From: Smithellaceae bacterium
Lineage (GTDB): Bacteria > Desulfobacterota > Syntrophia > Syntrophales > Smithellaceae
Assembly: GCA_963667845.2 (NCBI GenBank)
Contig: CAXXVL010000002.1
Coordinates: 1,792,001 to 1,856,000, forward strand
Direction of reading: 5' to 3'
Length of the DNA stretch: 64,000 nucleotides
The translations under genes and the position numbers were made by a program. Position 1 is the stretch's first letter. Each line of letters starts with the position of its first letter. A model generated the notes under the pieces. The model saw nothing but the letters and a program-made list of their open reading frames with translations. It did no database searches and was not told where the DNA came from. Below, piece by piece: positions 1-10,190 of the stretch.

Positions 1-1
1 G

Positions 2-274
2 ACGAGGCTTGTGCCCGACGAGCGGGTCCGGAATTTTAATGAAATCGATCTGCGGGTTTCGGAAGAAATCGCGATACAGGAGGCCGAGCGGTGTTTCAAT
101 TGCGGGGTCTGTAATCAATGCGACAATTGTTATCTTCTCTGCCCCGACTTTTCTGTCATCCACGACCGAGTGAGCGGATCGAGGAACATCAACTACGATT
201 ACTGCAAGGGATGCGGCATCTGCGACCATGAATGCCCCCGGGGGATTATTACAATGGAGGAAACGAGATCATGA
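2..274 (+). CDS. 5'-truncated Fe-S protein: C-terminus of a GltD-like oxidoreductase with a 2x[4Fe-4S] (POR delta-like) domain
   Basis: Frame open from the window edge; ERVRNFNEI...EAERCFNCGVCNQCDNCYLLCP and YDYCKGCGICDHECP ferredoxin motifs; stop overlaps the next ATG (ATGA). Confidence 0.8.
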   Translation, partial: TRLVPDERVRNFNEIDLRVSEEIAIQEAERCFNCGVCNQCDNCYLLCPDFSVIHDRVSGSRNINYDYCKGCGICDHECPRGIITMEETRS

Positions 275-1434
275 AAGAAGTCATGATGGGGACCGAAGCC
301 GCCGCGATGGCCGCAAGACTGGCCCGGGTTCAGGTGATCGCGGCGTATCCGATTACCCCTCAATCCTTTATTGTTGAGAATCTGTCCGATATAGTCGGCC
401 GGGGAGAACTGAAGGCCAGGTTCATGTCGATGGAGTCGGAACACTCGTCCATGGCCGCTTGTGTCGGCGCGTCCATGGCAGGAGCAAGGGCATTTATAGC
501 AAGCTCCTCGCAGGGCCTGGTCTATATGCATGAGATGCTTCATTATGCTGCCGGGGCGCGGGTTCCGATTGTGATGGTCAACTGCAACCGTGCCCTGGCT
601 CCCCCCTGGAACCTGTATTGCGACCACACTGATTCGCTGTCCCAGCGCGACACCGGCTGGATCCAGTATTATTGTGCCGATGCCCAGGATGTGCTTGACG
701 CCATCTTGATTGCCTACCATGTTGCCGAACAGGCTCTTTTGCCGATCATGATCAATATGGACGCATTTTATCTGACCCACACCTCCGAGATTCTGGATGT
801 GCCTGATCAAAAGACGGTGGATATGTTTATTCCTCCTTATCGGCCGTTGAGCAAGCTGGATGTGGATAATCCCAAAACCTTCGGTAATGTGTGCGGATCA
901 GACCTTTATACCTCTATTAAATACAAGCGACATTTTGACACCCTTTCGCTGGAAAGGCTTTGGAACCAGACGGCGATAGCATTCTACGGCCATTTTAACC
1001 GTTTGCATCCATCCGTAGAGGCGTATCAGACGGAAGACGCCGACGTGTGTATCATCGGCATCGGGAGTGCCACTGGCGCCATGCGGATGACGGTCGACCG
1101 GTTACGGGGAGAAGGTTTAAAAGTCGGCAGTCTGCGGCTTGCGCTTATCCGACCGTTTCCTCGTGAAACGGTTAAAAAAGCAATAGCCGGCGCCAAACAT
1201 TTGATTGTTATCGATCGGGATGTTTCTTTCGGCGCCGAGGGCATCGTGGCACAGGAGGTGAAAGCGGCTCTGTTTGACCACCATGGGAAAATGAAATTGA
1301 CAGGTTTTATTGCAGGCGTCGGTGGAAATGATCTCTCCACAGAGGCAATTATCCCTCTGGTGAGGCAGGCGATTTGTGGAGACGGAGCCGCGGTCGAGGC
1401 AGGGACAACACTCTGGGCGGAGGTGTTGCCGTGA
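271..1434 (+). CDS. porA: 2-oxoacid:ferredoxin oxidoreductase alpha subunit (PorA-like)
   Basis: AAYPITPQS, MESEHSSMAACVGAS, SSSQGL and IRPFP motifs; GGAGG RBS before ATG 271. Confidence 0.9.
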   Translation: MKEVMMGTEAAAMAARLARVQVIAAYPITPQSFIVENLSDIVGRGELKARFMSMESEHSSMAACVGASMAGARAFIASSSQGLVYMHEMLHYAAGARVPIVMVNCNRALAPPWNLYCDHTDSLSQRDTGWIQYYCADAQDVLDAILIAYHVAEQALLPIMINMDAFYLTHTSEILDVPDQKTVDMFIPPYRPLSKLDVDNPKTFGNVCGSDLYTSIKYKRHFDTLSLERLWNQTAIAFYGHFNRLHPSVEAYQTEDADVCIIGIGSATGAMRMTVDRLRGEGLKVGSLRLALIRPFPRETVKKAIAGAKHLIVIDRDVSFGAEGIVAQEVKAALFDHHGKMKLTGFIAGVGGNDLSTEAIIPLVRQAICGDGAAVEAGTTLWAEVLP

Positions 1435-2309
1435 AGGAATGCACACAGGAGAAAAGAGATCTGTTCACCCCCGGGCACTATGGTTGCCCCGGATGCGGCG
1501 CGACCCTGGCCATGCGGCAAACCCTGTCGGTCCTGGGTGAGGATACGATTGTAGTGATGCCGGCCGGCTGCTGGTCCACTTTGATCGGCATTTACCCTTA
1601 CTCATGTCTGACTGTGCCTGTGCTTTCGGTCGCTTTTGCAACCACTGCGGCCACCGCCGCCGGTGTCAAGGCCGGTTTGATGATTCAGGATAACGACCAT
1701 ACAACCGTCCTCGCCTGGGCGGGTGACGGCGGTACCTTTGATATCGGTTTGCAGGCCCTTTCCGGCGCGGTAGAACGAAACGATGACATCCTGTTTATCT
1801 GCTATGACAACGAAGCTTATATGAACACGGGTATCCAGCGTTCCTCGGCCACACCAGCCGGGGGGTGGACCACTACCACACCCGATTCAGCCCTGAAGGT
1901 TCAGAAGAAGAAAAACATTGTAGAAATCATGGCGGCGCACCGCATCCCATATGCCGCCACTGCGTGCATTGGCGTGCCGGAGGATCTCAAAGGCAAACTC
2001 AGCAAAGCCAAAGATATTAAAGGCTCACGCTTTATACATTTATTTGCCTCCTGCCCGACCGGCTGGCGGCATGCCCCTGAGCTGTCCGTTGAGGTGGCTC
2101 GCGAAGCAGTTAAAAGCCGGGTGTTTCCGCTTTATGAAGTGTTCAACGGGGATACCTGGCAGTTGAGTCCCATGCCCGACAAGACAAACGTAGACAATTA
2201 TCTAAAATATCAGGGCCGGTTCAAAACACTATCAGCCGGCGACCATCAACACTTTCAGAAACAGGTGGACGAGGATTGGGTGCGTTTGACCGAACGATGC
2301 CGGGCGTAA
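1431..2309 (+). CDS. porB: 2-oxoacid:ferredoxin oxidoreductase beta subunit (TPP-binding, PorB-like)
   Basis: GCPGCG, GDGGTFDIGLQALSGA and YDNEAYMNTGIQRSSATP TPP motifs, CPTGW; GTG start overlaps the porA stop. Confidence 0.9.
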   Translation: MKECTQEKRDLFTPGHYGCPGCGATLAMRQTLSVLGEDTIVVMPAGCWSTLIGIYPYSCLTVPVLSVAFATTAATAAGVKAGLMIQDNDHTTVLAWAGDGGTFDIGLQALSGAVERNDDILFICYDNEAYMNTGIQRSSATPAGGWTTTTPDSALKVQKKKNIVEIMAAHRIPYAATACIGVPEDLKGKLSKAKDIKGSRFIHLFASCPTGWRHAPELSVEVAREAVKSRVFPLYEVFNGDTWQLSPMPDKTNVDNYLKYQGRFKTLSAGDHQHFQKQVDEDWVRLTERCRA

Positions 2310-2626
2310 AACCGGCGGTATGACCCGCGCAAGCAGGATGAAAGAAAATATTTTGCCGTGAATCACAGCCCGGCAATTGAAAGGAAAGCTCAAGAGAACT
2401 CAAGCAGAAAGTACATATTGGGGCAAGCGGATTAAAAATGCGGCGGACGATCCGATGATCCGGTCTTCGATGAATGCCGTGGTCACAATGTATGAACTGA
2501 CTGTGACCGGAAACGATTATTTCTTTCCCGGAGAACAACGGGAATTAATAGCGAAGATTGAAATCGGTTCGATCCAGATGGTGGTTTAATCAGACTTTAC
2601 ATCCAACAGCAAGGGAGGAAGAAGGT

Positions 2627-3769
2627 ATGATAAACATGAAGCGAATCTTTTGGGTTACTTTTTTATCTGTCATGGCTGCGGCAATTTTCGGTGGCAGCCT
2701 TGTCACCGCGGCTGAAGAAATCCGTATCGGATTTACCCCTCCTATCACCGGTGTACACGCGGCAGGCGGATCTCTCCAGGTCAAGGCGATCAAGCTGGCC
2801 CTCAAAGAGATCAATGCGGCCGGCGGGGTGAACGGGAAGAAGATCGATCTCCGGATCATCGATAGCCAGTCCTCGAACCCCGGCGCACTGGCAGCGCTGC
2901 AGAAGGCCGTGGATCAGGAGAAGGTGTTGGCCCTGGTTGGCTGTCTGTACAGCACTCAGGTTCTTGCCACGTCGGATGCCATCAAAAACTACGGCATCCC
3001 CACTATTATCGGCGCCACCAATGTCAACATCACCAGGCAGGGAAACCCCTGGCTGTTCCGTGTGCGGCCCGATGACTCCATCGCCGCCGGCGCCATGGTA
3101 AAATACATCAAAGAAAACACCAGATTTACAAAAATCGGTCTCCTGCATGATGCGGATGCCATGGGCACGGGCGGTGCCGACCTGGTGGAGAAAGGCGCCA
3201 AAGAGGCGGGCCTGACGGTGGTGAGACGGGAGAAGACCACGACCGCGGCGAAGGACTTTACTGCTGAACTCCTGGCCATGAAGAATGCAGGAGCGCAGAT
3301 TCTGATCTACTACGGCCACCAGGAAGCTACGGCTTTGCTCCAGCGCCAACTTCGCCAGCTTGGCTCTCCCTTCAAGTTTCTCGGTTCGCCCAGTGCCGCA
3401 TCGAAAGACAGTCTGAACCTTGCCAGGGAGGCCGCCGAAGGGATCTGGGCCGTTGTCGATTTCGTGCCGGGACAGAGTGCAGAGAACAGGCGCTACGCCG
3501 AGGCCTACAAGAAGGAGTACAACGAAGAGTACGATACCCTCAATGTGTGGACCTATGACGCGCTGAAGATCCTGGTCAATGCCATCAAGATCGGCGGGGA
3601 AGATCGCGGCAAAATCCGGGAAGCCATCCTGGCCATGAAGGGATATAAGGGCGTCCAGGGCACCTTTTCCTTTACGCCAAACGGCGACGGCCTGAGCGAA
3701 GTTAGCATTGTCCAGATCGAGAAGGGCAAGCCGAAACTCCTGAAGATCGTTAACCTGGGTGCAAAATAG
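2627..3769 (+). CDS. Branched-chain amino acid ABC transporter substrate-binding protein (LivK-like)
   Basis: Signal peptide; EINAAGGVNGKKI, PWLFRVRPDD and YDALKIL motifs; leads the livHMGF-type operon. Confidence 0.9.
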   Translation: MINMKRIFWVTFLSVMAAAIFGGSLVTAAEEIRIGFTPPITGVHAAGGSLQVKAIKLALKEINAAGGVNGKKIDLRIIDSQSSNPGALAALQKAVDQEKVLALVGCLYSTQVLATSDAIKNYGIPTIIGATNVNITRQGNPWLFRVRPDDSIAAGAMVKYIKENTRFTKIGLLHDADAMGTGGADLVEKGAKEAGLTVVRREKTTTAAKDFTAELLAMKNAGAQILIYYGHQEATALLQRQLRQLGSPFKFLGSPSAASKDSLNLAREAAEGIWAVVDFVPGQSAENRRYAEAYKKEYNEEYDTLNVWTYDALKILVNAIKIGGEDRGKIREAILAMKGYKGVQGTFSFTPNGDGLSEVSIVQIEKGKPKLLKIVNLGAK

Positions 3770-3859
3770 CGTCTCCCGACGGATGGATCGATAAAGCAGG
3801 CGTCCGGTTCCGCTCAATGGCTCTGTGCCGGGACCGGGCGCGTCAAGGAGGGATTCTGA

Positions 3860-4741
3860 ATGGATTTGTCTACAAACCTTCAAATGGTAGCTGCAGGACT
3901 CGCCATGGGGTCCATTTACGCCCTCGTGGCCTTGGGGTTTGTCCTCATCTTCAACGCGGTCAATGTCGTTAATTTTGCGCAGGGGGAATTTGCGATGATC
4001 CCGGCCTTCGTGGCTGTGTGGCTGATGAACAGCCTGAATATCCCCTTAGCCTTGACCTGCGTGATCACCGTCGTTTTCATGGGCGTTTTCGGCATCGTCT
4101 TCCAGCGCATTGCCTACTACCCCTTGCGTAACCGCAGCTTTCTGCCGGTCATCATCAGCACCATCGGCGTGGGCATTTTTCTGAAGAACGCAGCGCAGCT
4201 CATCTTCGGTGCCGAACCATTGTCCATGCCGCGGCCGACCTCCGCGACTGCGCTGAATATATTTGGAGTGTTTGTGGACCCCCAGTTCATAGTGATCATC
4301 CTGTGCACCCTGGCCCTGCTCGGCTTCCAGTACTTCTTCTTCGAAAAGACCATCCTGGGCAAAAAGATGCTGGCGACGGCGCAGGACAAGGAGATGGCGC
4401 GGCTCCTGGGCATCAGGGTGACGACGATGATCGCCATTACCTTTGCCTATAGTTCGATTCTCGGGGCCGCGGCTGGAATCCTGGTCGGGCCCATTTTCTT
4501 CGTCACCAAGGATATGGGAGCAATGATCGGACTCAAGGCGTTCTGCTCGGCCATTGTGGGGGGATTTGGGAGTATCCCCGGGGCGATTCTGGGGGGAATC
4601 TTTCTGGGCGTGATCGAGGTTTTCGCCTCATACTACATCTCCAGCGCCTATCGCGATGCCTTCGCCTTCATCATTCTGATCCTTGTTCTCCTGCTGCGTC
4701 CGCAGGGGTTCTTCGGCGAGAAGATCGCCGAGAAGGCATAG
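3860..4741 (+). CDS. livH: BCAA ABC transporter permease LivH
   Basis: GSIYALVALGFVLIF, VNFAQGEF, GGFGSIPGAILGG, LRPQGFFG. Confidence 0.9.
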   Translation: MDLSTNLQMVAAGLAMGSIYALVALGFVLIFNAVNVVNFAQGEFAMIPAFVAVWLMNSLNIPLALTCVITVVFMGVFGIVFQRIAYYPLRNRSFLPVIISTIGVGIFLKNAAQLIFGAEPLSMPRPTSATALNIFGVFVDPQFIVIILCTLALLGFQYFFFEKTILGKKMLATAQDKEMARLLGIRVTTMIAITFAYSSILGAAAGILVGPIFFVTKDMGAMIGLKAFCSAIVGGFGSIPGAILGGIFLGVIEVFASYYISSAYRDAFAFIILILVLLLRPQGFFGEKIAEKA

Positions 4742-4752
4742 GGAGTGTGCCA

Positions 4753-6588
4753 ATGAAGATACGCATAAAGAACCTGCTTATTCCTGCCCTTCTGGTCGTC
4801 GTTGTTCTGATCATTCCCCGGTTCGTAACGAGCAGCTACTGGCTGAACCTGATCAACCTGTCCATCAGTTTTTCGATTGCCTGTCTGGGACTGAACATCG
4901 TCCTTGGATACACCGGACAACTGTCACTCGCCCAGGCGGCCTTTTGGGGAGTGGGGGCCTACACCTCTGCCATCCTCACCACCCACTTGGGTCTGCCCGT
5001 GTGGGCAGGGATGTTCGCCGCGTTCTTCGTGGCGGCCCTCTGCGGAGTACTGCTGGGCATTCCCACGCTAAAGCTGTCGGGTCATTACCTGGCGATGGCG
5101 ACGATCGGGTTCGGGATCATCCTCCAGCTCATCCTGGTCAACGAAATCTGGCTCACCAACGGCTCCGATGGGATCACCAAGATTCCTTCGCCCTGGATCG
5201 GTTCCTTTGAGTTGAAAGATCCAGGCACCTTCTTCTACGTGGCGGCGATTTCTCTGATTCTTCTGACCTGGGGCGCAATTCACCTCAAAGACTCCCGCGT
5301 GGGCCGCGCCTTCATGGCCATCCGGGAGAATGAAATGGCGGCTGGAACCACGGGGGTGGATACGACCTACTATAAGATCATGGCCTTCGCGCTATCGGCC
5401 GGCTACGCAGGCATCGGGGGCTGGCTGTTCGCCCACAGTTGCTCGCATTATATCAGCCCGGACACCTTTTCCTTCGAACAGTCTGTGATCATGCTGGTGA
5501 TGACGGTGCTCGGCGGGAGTGGCTCGATCATCGGTGCTATCGTGGGCGCCACGCTGCTGACGATGTTGCCTGAGGTACTGCGGTTTTTGAAGGACTCCTA
5601 TATGATGTTCTATGCAGCCGGCATTGTGGCCATCATGATTTTCATGCCCAGCGGCATCGCCGGCCTGGTGAAGAACCTGCCTGTCAGCCTGCGGTTGCGG
5701 ACGTGGTGGAATGCCGATTCAATGGCAGCCCGGCAGGTTGCGGCAAGCATGCATCCATTGAAAGATTCCAAGGCAGACCCGCGTTCTTTTAAAATCGAAG
5801 ACTGTTCAGGATCGGGCGAGGTGCTGCTCACCGTCAGGGGATTGGCCAAGCACTTTGGCGGTCTGAAAGCGGTGGACGGGGTGGACATGGTAGTCCGGCG
5901 GGGCGAAATTCAGGCACTCATCGGACCGAACGGTTCCGGAAAGACGACGATCCTCAACATGCTCAGCGGCCTCTATGTTCCCACGGCCGGGGAGATCAGC
6001 CTGGGCGGTGCAGCCATTGCCGGGAAAAAGTCGCATATCATCACGTCCATGGGCATGGCCAGGACCTTCCAGAACATCCGCCTTTTCGGGGAGCTCACGG
6101 TGCTGGAAAACGTGCTCATTGGCCGGCATTGCCACTCTCGGGCGGGACTTTTTACCAGCATTTTGCATCTGCCCTCCCAAAAGGCCGAGGAGGCCGGAAT
6201 ACGGGCGAAGGCGCTCACGATACTGGAATTCGTCGGCCTTAAAGGCAAGGAGTTTGCCCAGGCCAACAGCTTGCCGTATGGCCAGCAGCGGCTGCTTGAA
6301 CTGGCGCGGGCCCTGGCCTCCGATCCCCAACTCCTGCTTTTGGACGAGCCGGCAGCCGGATTGAATGCCGCCGAGACTGAGGTGCTGGTGGACCTCCTGT
6401 TTCAGATCTGCACCCGGGGCATTACAATCCTGCTCGTCGAGCATGACATGAATCTGGTTATGAATGTCTCCGACCACATCACGGTTCTGAACTTCGGCAG
6501 GAAGATCGCCGAAGGGTCCGCCGAGGAGATCGAGAAGAACCAGGAAGTGATCGATGCCTATCTGGGAACGGAGGTGGGAAATGCTTAA
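4753..6588 (+). CDS. Fused BCAA ABC permease/ATPase (LivM-LivG)
   Basis: N-half GYTGQLSLAQAAFWGVGAY and YLAMATIGFG; C-half Walker A GPNGSGKTT, LLLLDEPAAG, VEHDM. Confidence 0.9.
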   Translation: MKIRIKNLLIPALLVVVVLIIPRFVTSSYWLNLINLSISFSIACLGLNIVLGYTGQLSLAQAAFWGVGAYTSAILTTHLGLPVWAGMFAAFFVAALCGVLLGIPTLKLSGHYLAMATIGFGIILQLILVNEIWLTNGSDGITKIPSPWIGSFELKDPGTFFYVAAISLILLTWGAIHLKDSRVGRAFMAIRENEMAAGTTGVDTTYYKIMAFALSAGYAGIGGWLFAHSCSHYISPDTFSFEQSVIMLVMTVLGGSGSIIGAIVGATLLTMLPEVLRFLKDSYMMFYAAGIVAIMIFMPSGIAGLVKNLPVSLRLRTWWNADSMAARQVAASMHPLKDSKADPRSFKIEDCSGSGEVLLTVRGLAKHFGGLKAVDGVDMVVRRGEIQALIGPNGSGKTTILNMLSGLYVPTAGEISLGGAAIAGKKSHIITSMGMARTFQNIRLFGELTVLENVLIGRHCHSRAGLFTSILHLPSQKAEEAGIRAKALTILEFVGLKGKEFAQANSLPYGQQRLLELARALASDPQLLLLDEPAAGLNAAETEVLVDLLFQICTRGITILLVEHDMNLVMNVSDHITVLNFGRKIAEGSAEEIEKNQEVIDAYLGTEVGNA

Positions 6589-7345
6589 AGTTGAAGGAAT
6601 CGAAACCTGGTACGGGGCCATTCAGGCCTTGAAAGGGATCTCCCTGGATGTAAAGCAGGGGGAGATCGTGGCCCTGCTCGGCGCCAACGGTGCAGGCAAG
6701 AGCACTACCATTATGACCATTACGGGCATGATGAAGCCGGCGAAAGGCAGGATCGAGTTTTTGGGTCGGGACATCACGGGGATGGAAGCGGAGGATATTG
6801 CGAAAGCGGGAATCGCCTGTGTGCCGGAGGGGCGGCGTATCTTCCAGGGACTCACCGTGATGGACAACCTGATGCTGGGCGCGACGTCGAGAAAGCGAGT
6901 GTCCAGGGAAGAGATTCAAAAGGACCTTGACCACGTCTTCGGCATCTTTCCTCAACTTGAAGAATTCAAGGGGCGGCTGGGCTGGCAGTTATCCGGCGGC
7001 CAGCTTCAGATGTTGGCCATCGGGCGTGGTCTGATGGCCAACTCAAAGATCCTGCTTCTGGACGAGCCCTCCCTGGGGCTGGCTCCGGTCGTGGTGCAGG
7101 AAGTATTCAGGGTCATCAAGGAGATCAACAAGGCGGGGACGACTATCCTGCTGGTGGAGCAGAACGCCCGGATGGCGCTTTTGATCGCGAACCGCGGGTT
7201 CGTGCTGGAGACGGGCAGGGTGATGCTGGCCGATACGGCCACCAATCTGCTGACAAACGAAGAGATGAAGGCGCACTACCTGGGTAGCCACGCCCATATC
7301 AAGGAGGCGCGTCAGCGCCGTCGTAGCGAGCGCGGACGCCTCTGA
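6581..7345 (+). CDS. livF: BCAA ABC transporter ATP-binding protein LivF
   Basis: GANGAGKST, VPEGRRIF, LSGGQLQML, LLDEPSLGLAP, VEQNA. Confidence 0.92.
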   Translation: MLKVEGIETWYGAIQALKGISLDVKQGEIVALLGANGAGKSTTIMTITGMMKPAKGRIEFLGRDITGMEAEDIAKAGIACVPEGRRIFQGLTVMDNLMLGATSRKRVSREEIQKDLDHVFGIFPQLEEFKGRLGWQLSGGQLQMLAIGRGLMANSKILLLDEPSLGLAPVVVQEVFRVIKEINKAGTTILLVEQNARMALLIANRGFVLETGRVMLADTATNLLTNEEMKAHYLGSHAHIKEARQRRRSERGRL

Positions 7346-7506
7346 ACGTTTAAATGCACCCGAGTCAACAGGTACTTCGAGATGATATCCGGCCGGGTGG
7401 CATTAAGACTCGATAGTTGTTCGAGGGGGTCGTTTACGCCGTTTTGGTAAATGCAGCGCCTAACATTAAGACAAAGTAATCCTAACAGCGAAAGGAGGAA
7501 CACAGA

Positions 7507-8394
7507 ATGAAGAGATTATTGAAGGGGGTTATCTTTCTGATCATGATTGCTATGGGCGGACCACTGCTGTTTTCAGGAATCCTGTACGCGGCGGCACCGG
7601 ATAAGATTGTCCAGAGCGGAGCGATTCTGACTGTAGCCGATTCCAAGAGGCTGATCGCCAAGGCTGTGGCACAGATGCCGATCGTCAAAAATGCCCTTGC
7701 AAACGGTATGGTCATTATCATCAAGGGGACAACCAATGCCTACGTGGCAGAGGAGATCACCGGGCAGAAAGTCTCGCATGCCGCATTTGTGACGGGAAGA
7801 ATTGAACCCGAGAAAGGGGCCAAATTACTGCCCCAGGTGAAAGCTGTTAACCACGTAATTCTGGAGAAAGGCAAGGTAGTTGATATCTCGCTGGAAGATG
7901 CCGCAAAGAAGCTGAATCGAGGCGATGTTGTTATGAAGGGTGCCAATGCCCTGGATTACAAGAACAAGCTGGCGGCGGTCAATATTCTGCACCCGGCAGG
8001 CGGAACGACAGGGATCACGATGCCCTTCATAGTGGCCCGCAAGGCTTACCTCGTCATTCCGGTCGGCCTCGAGAAGTTGGTCGCAGGGGATCTGGTGGAT
8101 CTGACATTGAAAATGCGTGAGCCGATGGAATCTTTGCCTGCGCCCGCCGGTGCTTCGTCGACGCCATTTCCCGGTCATATTCTTCCCTCCCAGTGGCTCC
8201 TCACGGGCGAGATTGTCACAGAGTTGGAAGCCATTGAGATTCTGACAGGAGCCAAGGCTTTCCAGTGCAGCGCCGGGGGAGTCAGCGGCGCGGAAGGGTC
8301 GGTATGGCTTGTTTTCAGGGGAACCCGGAATCAAGTAAAGAAAGCTATGGAATTGGTAAGATCCATCCAGGGGGAACCACCTTACACTGAATAG
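7507..8394 (+). CDS. Hypothetical exported protein
   Basis: AGGAGG RBS, signal-like N-terminus, 295-aa ORF with GTTNAYVAEE, KGANALD and PVGLEK segments; function not recognised. Confidence 0.7.
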   Translation: MKRLLKGVIFLIMIAMGGPLLFSGILYAAAPDKIVQSGAILTVADSKRLIAKAVAQMPIVKNALANGMVIIIKGTTNAYVAEEITGQKVSHAAFVTGRIEPEKGAKLLPQVKAVNHVILEKGKVVDISLEDAAKKLNRGDVVMKGANALDYKNKLAAVNILHPAGGTTGITMPFIVARKAYLVIPVGLEKLVAGDLVDLTLKMREPMESLPAPAGASSTPFPGHILPSQWLLTGEIVTELEAIEILTGAKAFQCSAGGVSGAEGSVWLVFRGTRNQVKKAMELVRSIQGEPPYTE

Positions 8395-8411
8395 GAAATG
8401 ATTGATGAACC

Positions 8412-8456
8412 GACCAGCCCTCCCAAAAGTAATCCAGCTTTGGGGGGGGCTGGTCA
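8412..8456 (+). terminator. GC-rich hairpin after the hypothetical gene
   Basis: GACCAGCCCTCCCAAA...TTTGGGGGGGGCTGGTC inverted repeat, but no clear U-tract. Confidence 0.45.
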
Positions 8457-8507
8457 TCGGGAAGGATTCCTTAGCCCAACGAAACAAATCGCAAAAAACT
8501 GGCCGCC

Positions 8508-8715
8508 ATGGCGGAAAAGGAGATGCCGGTTTCGGTCAATTTCGACAACTTCACCCAGTATCCCCATGAATGTCGATATGTCGAGACCGGCCTTAATCTA
8601 TCGCATACCCGATCCATTCTGGCCGGAATGTCGAAAAATCCCAATGCGGATGGCGTCTTTTTCCGTCAGTCCTGGTTGCGAGATCAATGAATTGGCATCC
8701 TTAAAACAAAAATGA
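8508..8715 (+). pseudogene. UxaA/GarD-family dehydratase fragment
   Basis: PHECR...RSILAGMSKNPNADGVF, then after a frameshift SVSPGCEIN; resembles the HGC...LxGxxxNPN...LGCE motif. Confidence 0.45.
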
Positions 8716-8722
8716 GGTTATT

Positions 8723-9073
8723 ATGAAAATAATTAGTTACGCATCTGTTACACCGACAAAATTTGAAAACGACCAGGCCAAGGGTGTTTCCGGTAGAGTC
8801 GTGATCGGCAAGGCGGACGGGGCAAATCATTTCTGCATGCGAATTTTTGAAGTTGTCCCCGGAGGGTATTCGGCCAGGCACGCCCACGCCTGGGAACATG
8901 AAATATTCATTCATTCCGGTGAGGGCGAAATGTATGGCAACGGAAAATGGAATTCAGTAAAGCCGGGAACAGTCCTGTTTGTACCGCCGAATGAAGAACA
9001 TCAGATCCGTAATGCAGGCAAAGAGCTTTTGATTTATGCCTGTTTGATACCAGCGGATGTCCCTGAATTATGA
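8723..9073 (+). CDS. Cupin domain protein
   Basis: PGGYSARHAHAWEHEIFIHSGEG and PPNEEHQIRN cupin motifs. Confidence 0.9.
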   Translation: MKIISYASVTPTKFENDQAKGVSGRVVIGKADGANHFCMRIFEVVPGGYSARHAHAWEHEIFIHSGEGEMYGNGKWNSVKPGTVLFVPPNEEHQIRNAGKELLIYACLIPADVPEL

Positions 9074-9323
9074 TAGAAATTTCTCTACTAAACCGAGCCT
9101 CGGAGTTTTTGTTCCGAGCTGCGTCAAGTTCATCTCCTATCAGCATGTTGAGGGTGAATTCGAAGAGTCTCTGAAACTTCTGCGGGAACTGCACGCCCAC
9201 GCCACAGCCTGTCAGCGGGAAACGGTCCCAAATTCAAGCTGATTGTGGGCAGCAACGGCGCGGGAACGGATGGTTTTCCGGCCTGACTGTAAATCAGTTG
9301 GCGGGGGAGATTACCGACATCCT

Positions 9324-9450
9324 GACATACGTAATGATACAATATCACCGATACATTGTGTGACTTGTGTATGTACTTGCTTTTCGACATACACTTACTA
9401 TATCATTTTTTCGCCGCAAGCGGCGGGGAATTATACCCTTAGAGATTAAA
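9324..9450 (-). mobile_element. Truncated copy of the IS200 left end plus the first ~22 codons of tnpA
   Basis: 127 bp matching 10612-10738 with one mismatch, including the CGCCGCAAGCGGCG hairpin and MSKSKYIHKSHNVSVILYH. Confidence 0.9.
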
Positions 9451-9492
9451 TAATGTCCCCGAGATTGTAAAATACATAATGAGAGGATTATA

Positions 9493-9900
9493 ATGAGAGG
9501 GAAACCCACCGGGCAAAGACAGGGCGAGCAGGACATATTGGAAGATCGCGGTCCGGTTATCGATAGGTCTGTCCTTGACAGTTATCGATCTCTGCAACAG
9601 GCGGGAACGCCGGACCTTATCGGTAGCCTGGTTACCACCTATGTAGAGCAGTCATCGGCGATCATGAAGAGCCTCGGCTCGGCAGTCGATGAAAGAAATA
9701 GCGAGGATATGTTCCGGCTTGCTCACAAACTTAAGTCCAGCAGTGCCATTGTCGGCGCCATGCAACTGTCGGGCCTCCTCAAGGGCCTGGAACTCCTCGG
9801 TCGGCAAAATGAGGTTGAAGGGACGGCGGATCTGTTTGCCCATATCCAAAAAGAATTTGAAGCTGTTCAAGAAGCATTGAGGCCGTTGATTCCAGAATAG
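9493..9900 (+). CDS. Stand-alone Hpt (histidine phosphotransfer) protein
   Basis: RLAHKLKSSSAIVGA Hpt motif; GAGG RBS. Confidence 0.85.
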   Translation: MRGKPTGQRQGEQDILEDRGPVIDRSVLDSYRSLQQAGTPDLIGSLVTTYVEQSSAIMKSLGSAVDERNSEDMFRLAHKLKSSSAIVGAMQLSGLLKGLELLGRQNEVEGTADLFAHIQKEFEAVQEALRPLIPE

Positions 9901-10190
9901 AATCATAATACATCATAAAAAAAGGTGTGCAGGAGAAGTTTGCCTGAATTCCGGTCAAATTGATCTTCTTGGCGGCTGAGTAGACCAAAAGGTGAGTAGA
10001 TTTCTCATAAGGCTGGATGTCGCAATGTGTCTTCAACGCGGTCATTGGTGACACTCCCCACATTTTGTGGTCAAGATTTTCTTGACACACAATTACAAGA
10101 TTCTTATACTCGCTCCCAATGAAAGCAAGTTCTTATCAAATATCCATAGAATACAAAAATATGGACAGGGGATTTGCGGAGAGTGAACAA

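Noticed and set aside
2330..2610. Short ORFs between porB and the binding-protein gene
   Set aside because: No RBS or family motif; possibly a decayed remnant, but not identifiable
2663..8487. Long minus-strand ORFs (2663-3883, 5806-6621, 7825-8487 and others)
   Set aside because: Antisense shadows of well-supported GC-rich plus-strand genes, with no recognisable motifs
9057..9320. Possible TauD-like fragment (EESLKLLRELHAHAT)
   Set aside because: Only one short resemblance, in a broken frame; not enough support
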